From contig CBDFJG010000002.1 in the NCBI GenBank assembly GCA_965248445.1, positions 192,001-256,000 on the forward strand: a DNA stretch of 64,000 nucleotides, in the 5' to 3' direction. This stretch comes from Planctomycetota bacterium. Lineage in GTDB: Bacteria; Planctomycetota; JAJSAM01; JAJVHW01. Positions 60,598-64,000 of this stretch are shown here, one piece after another. The notes beneath the pieces are model-generated. The model was not told the origin of the DNA. It made no database searches and saw nothing but the letters and a program-made list of their open reading frames with translations. Position 1 is the stretch's first letter; every line of letters starts with the position of its first letter. The position numbers and the translations under genes are program-made.

Positions 60598-61011
60598 CTA
60601 GGTGGCGAGCTCTGTGCGCGAGCCGTCGTACGTCGCGCTGCCGTAGCCGAGGACCGGATAGAAGATGAAGGGGATCAGCACCAGCCCGACGACCGTTCCG
60701 ACACCGCCGCCGAACTTCTTCGCGATCTCGATCGCGACGAGGATCGCGACGACGATGCTGACGATCGGGATCATGAACAGGATGATCCACCAGATCGGCT
60801 TGCGCGCGACCTGCAGCAGACCGACGGCGTTCAAGATCGGGATGAACGCCCACCAAGGCGTCACGTCGGCCTTCTTGAACACGCCGTAGAGGAGGGCGCC
60901 CATCACGGCGAACGCCACGCCGAGGAAGCAGAGCATCCCGAACAGGCCGCCCGCGGCGCCAGCGCCGCCGCCGAAGTCCTCTTGCGCGAACATCACGAAC
61001 ATGTCTTCCAT
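60598..61011 (-). CDS. DUF5684-like small membrane protein
   Basis: ATG 61011 with GGAGGG; VFKKA...WWAFIPILN, KPIWW, IAKKFG. Confidence 0.8.
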   Translation of the reverse strand: MEDMFVMFAQEDFGGGAGAAGGLFGMLCFLGVAFAVMGALLYGVFKKADVTPWWAFIPILNAVGLLQVARKPIWWIILFMIPIVSIVVAILVAIEIAKKFGGGVGTVVGLVLIPFIFYPVLGYGSATYDGSRTELAT

Positions 61012-61172
61012 CGAGTGTCTCCCTCCGGGGGCGCGGCAGCCGGCCCGCCCCGGGACGTCGCCTGGACCCACTCCTATCTTCCGCTCCGAGGGTACAGCAG
61101 GGGGGGGAGGCGCGAGTCGACCGTGATTCGGTCTCTCGCCGGGAATCCGGCGGAGGCCCCACGGAGGCGTTT

Positions 61173-61712
61173 CTAGGAGAGCAACTCGTCGTGCAGGTAC
61201 GTCTTGACGACGACCCTGCAGCCGGCGTGCGTGGTCTGGACCGCGTGGATGCTGCCCTTCGCGCAGGAGAAGTAGTCGCCGGGGCCGTAGACGTCCTCTC
61301 CGATCGTGAGGTCACCTGTCAGGACGACGCTCTCTTCGAAGCCGCCATGCCGGTGGCCCGGGTCGCTGGCTCCTGCCGCCATGCGGACCAGAAGCGTGAC
61401 GGCTCCGTCGGGATCCTCGGCAAGACGCTGTACCTCGATCCCGGGTACGCCGACCCCGGACCACTCGGCGTCGCCCGCCGCGTGTTGCGCGGTTGCTGCA
61501 GCCGCGGCGAGGAGCCGGGCCCGCACCTCACTACGCGGCGTGCCCCGCGGGCGCACGAGCTCGAGCGCGACCGCGTCGTCCGCGGCACGTTCGAGTTCCG
61601 CGGCGCCTTCACCCGAGGCCAGCCGCTCGCGCAGCTCGCGCGCGCCATCATCGTCCAGCAGGCCGAGAACATGCAGGTCGAGCAGCTCGTCGATGGCGCG
61701 GCGCTCGCTCAT
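61173..61712 (-). CDS. Anti-sigma factor with ChrR-like cupin domain
   Basis: N-terminal LHVLGLLD anti-sigma helix, LVRMAAG...HRH..EE..VL.GDL cupin. Confidence 0.85.
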   Translation of the reverse strand: MSERRAIDELLDLHVLGLLDDDGARELRERLASGEGAAELERAADDAVALELVRPRGTPRSEVRARLLAAAAATAQHAAGDAEWSGVGVPGIEVQRLAEDPDGAVTLLVRMAAGASDPGHRHGGFEESVVLTGDLTIGEDVYGPGDYFSCAKGSIHAVQTTHAGCRVVVKTYLHDELLS

Positions 61713-62290
61713 GCCAGCGCCTCCAATCCAGCCGGCAACAGTTCGCGCAGGCGGCGCAGTCCATTGCGTGCGCGGCCCTTCACGGTGCCGAGGGGGGAAC
61801 CGGTGCGTTCGGCGATCTGCGAGTGCGACAGCCCGTCGAAGTACGCCAGCCGCAGCACCCGGTGTTCGGCCTCGGGCAGCATGGACATCGCGGCGCGAAT
61901 TGTCGCACGTGCTTCGGTGAGCGATGCCGTGAACGCTGGGGAGGGGCCGCCCGCCGACGTCGTGTCCGTTTCCGGCAGCGAGGCCGTCGCCGGCCGCGCG
62001 GAGCGGCTGCGCAAGCGGTCGATGCAGCGGTTGCGTGTGACGGTCACCAAGAAGGCTGCCACGGACCCGCGACGCAGGTCGATTGTTCGCGCCTTCCGCC
62101 AGAGTTGCAGGAAGACATCGTGCAGCAGTTCCTCCGCATCGTGAGTGTTGCGCAGCAGACGCAGCGACAGCGAGTAGACCAATCCGCCATGACGGTCATA
62201 CACCTGCGCGAGCGCGTCGGGGTCCCCAGCCGCCAACGCGCGCGCGAGGAGTTCGTCCGTCGCGTGCTCACGGTCCGCCACCCGCGCCAC
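61709..62290 (-). CDS. ECF sigma factor (SigK/RpoE-ChrR type)
   Basis: ALAQVYDRH, AEELLHDVF, RNRCIDRLR, LAYFDGLSHSQIA, PLGTVKGR. Confidence 0.92.
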   Translation of the reverse strand: MARVADREHATDELLARALAAGDPDALAQVYDRHGGLVYSLSLRLLRNTHDAEELLHDVFLQLWRKARTIDLRRGSVAAFLVTVTRNRCIDRLRSRSARPATASLPETDTTSAGGPSPAFTASLTEARATIRAAMSMLPEAEHRVLRLAYFDGLSHSQIAERTGSPLGTVKGRARNGLRRLRELLPAGLEALA

Positions 62291-62295
62291 CCCCT

Positions 62296-62360
62296 CCTAC
62301 GTCGTCCGAGCCGTTCCGGATGCCAGAACCCGACATCCGAAGCGGCCTGCCCATCGTAGG
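62296..62360. promoter_or_regulatory. Back-to-back divergent ECF-type promoters CATCCG-N15-CGTAGG
   Basis: Minus copy 62322..62296 and plus copy 62334..62360 have identical boxes and spacing. Confidence 0.7.
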
Positions 62361-62415
62361 TGCAGGAGAGGGGCCCTGCGAAGGGCTGGTTGTTTCGACC
62401 GTAAGGAGAGTGGTC

Positions 62416-64000
62416 ATGCTGACTCGTCGTCGCTCCATCTTGTCGTTGTCGCTCGCAGCCGTGCTGGCGGTACCGGCCGCGTCTGCCGCTCCCGAGGTCG
62501 TCACTCGGTCCGACCGGCAGGTCGTATCTGCGGACGCGTTCATCGAGCGCCAACTCGCGGACGTCCCGCCGGCCGAGCGCCGCCGTCGGGCACTGCGCAA
62601 CGGCCCGATGCGCGTCCGGAGCGGCTCTCGCCTGTCGGGGCGCGTCTTTGCCAGCAACCTCGTCATCGAGCCCGGCGCGCCGGTGACCGTGGCGCACGGG
62701 ACCACGATCTTCGTCACCGGCGACGTCGAGATCGGGGCGCCGTTGATCGGAGAGGCACCGCTGTCCACGGGGTCCGCGGGCGAGCGAGTCGCGAAACGCG
62801 CGCGGCTCGAGCGTGGCGTCGATGGGGCAGACGCGGCCGCGATAACGATCATCTGCGACGACGGCAATCTCCGCGTCGACGCAGACATCATGGGGGCCAG
62901 CGGCGCAGACGGCGCGGACGTGACGATCACCGGGAGTGCCGCCGCGGGCGGAAACGGGGGCAATGGTGCGAGGATCATCTTGAAGTGCAAGGGCACGATC
63001 ACGATCGCGGCCGACGTGGCACCCGGCTTCGGCGGACGAGGCGGTGATTGTGAGGTCACGGGCCAGGACGGGGTCGCCGGGGCGAACCGCGGCAACGGTG
63101 GAAAAGGCCAGAGCGTGAAGAAGTGTGTCGGCGGAGACGGCGGTAGCCCCGGCACGGTGCTCATCAAGGCGCAGCGCCTCGTCATGGAGGTCGACGGCGA
63201 CGGCAGCGCGCTCGGACGCATCGGTCTGACCCAGGGTGCGCCCGGCGGCAACGCCACGGCCGCCGGCGGTCGGGGCGGCGACGCGACCGAAGAAGGCAAG
63301 CGTGGTGGCAAGGGCGGGACCGCGAAGGCCACCGGCGGTCGGAGCGGTGTCGGAACACAGGCGCGCATCGACGTGAAGTCGATCGAGCCCGCTGGGTTCG
63401 AGATAGCCGACCTCATCCAGTTCATCCCCGGGCAGAACCAGTTCACCGGCGGAGGCGAAGCCTTCGCGACCGGCGGTGCCGGCGGGGCGGCCGACGACTT
63501 CGCGGGCGCCGGTACCGGAGAGCCGTGCCGGACGCGCGGTCGCCGCGGCGGTCGTGGCGGCGCCGGGGGGACGGCCAACGCGAAGGGCGGGCGGGGCGCT
63601 CGTGGTGCCGCACTCTCCGGTCAGGGTGTGTTGCGCGGTCGCACCGTGCGGGCGTTCGAAGAGGATGCGTATGGGGGCGGCTTCGCCGACGCGGTGGGCG
63701 GCACCGGAGGGCGCGGCGCGCGCGGCCAGATCGGGAAGCGTCCCGGCAACGGTGGAGGAGGTGGTCGGGGTGGCAACGCCAACGCCACCGGCGGCAAGGG
63801 CGGAGCGGCTGTCAGCGCGGCCGACGGACTCGACGGGCAGGATGGTGCGGACGCGGGCGACGGAGGCGACGCGGGGGACGGCGGCGACTGCTGCGAGAAG
63901 CCCGACGGAAGAGGCGGTGCCAGTGGTCCGCGCGGCCGCGGTGGGAAGCACCGCGTCGCGTCGGGGAACTCGACGAACGTCCCGTCCGAGGACGGGTCCG
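62416..64000 (+). CDS. Secreted glycine-rich (GGxGG repeat) protein, partial; runs off window
   Basis: Not in ORF track. ATG 62416 after AAGGAG; MLTRRRSILSLSLAAVLAVPAASA signal; frame open to window end; GGNGGNG, GGRGGD, GGKGGTA, GDGGDCC. Confidence 0.8.
   Translation, partial: MLTRRRSILSLSLAAVLAVPAASAAPEVVTRSDRQVVSADAFIERQLADVPPAERRRRALRNGPMRVRSGSRLSGRVFASNLVIEPGAPVTVAHGTTIFVTGDVEIGAPLIGEAPLSTGSAGERVAKRARLERGVDGADAAAITIICDDGNLRVDADIMGASGADGADVTITGSAAAGGNGGNGARIILKCKGTITIAADVAPGFGGRGGDCEVTGQDGVAGANRGNGGKGQSVKKCVGGDGGSPGTVLIKAQRLVMEVDGDGSALGRIGLTQGAPGGNATAAGGRGGDATEEGKRGGKGGTAKATGGRSGVGTQARIDVKSIEPAGFEIADLIQFIPGQNQFTGGGEAFATGGAGGAADDFAGAGTGEPCRTRGRRGGRGGAGGTANAKGGRGARGAALSGQGVLRGRTVRAFEEDAYGGGFADAVGGTGGRGARGQIGKRPGNGGGGGRGGNANATGGKGGAAVSAADGLDGQDGADAGDGGDAGDGGDCCEKPDGRGGASGPRGRGGKHRVASGNSTNVPSEDGS

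Noticed and set aside
62044..63951. Minus-strand 635-aa and 436-aa Pro/Ala-rich ORFs
   Set aside because: Antisense to the Gly-rich gene, which has the RBS, signal peptide and promoter

Overview
GC-rich, gene-dense bacterial window. The organism is diderm (OprO/P porin) and probably Planctomycetota-like, inferred from the prenyltransferase-repeat protein, the STK-linked ECF sigma and the pilin style. Content in order: partial hflK, GT-C glycosyltransferase, aldo/keto reductase, two TM_helix-repeat membrane proteins, three tandem secreted ZU5-like/FG-GAP (integrin-alpha-like) paralogues plus a convergent gene sharing their N-terminal module, fetAB, four pilin-like genes, msrA, an ECF sigma with a frameshifted HRE-type kinase-ATPase-TPR gene, a CHAT protease/S8 protease/twin small protein/sensor-less histidine kinase operon decapitated by a 1.5 kb IS66 element, a complete moxR-bat operon, two more ECF/anti-sigma pairs, ettA and a partial glycine-rich secreted protein. 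Best candidates for undescribed biology are the CHAT-S8-kinase signalling operon, the triplicated ZU5/FG-GAP surface proteins, two ECF mini-regulons readable from exact promoter repeats, and pervasive leaderless gene starts. All product calls come from motif recognition by eye; no database searches were run.
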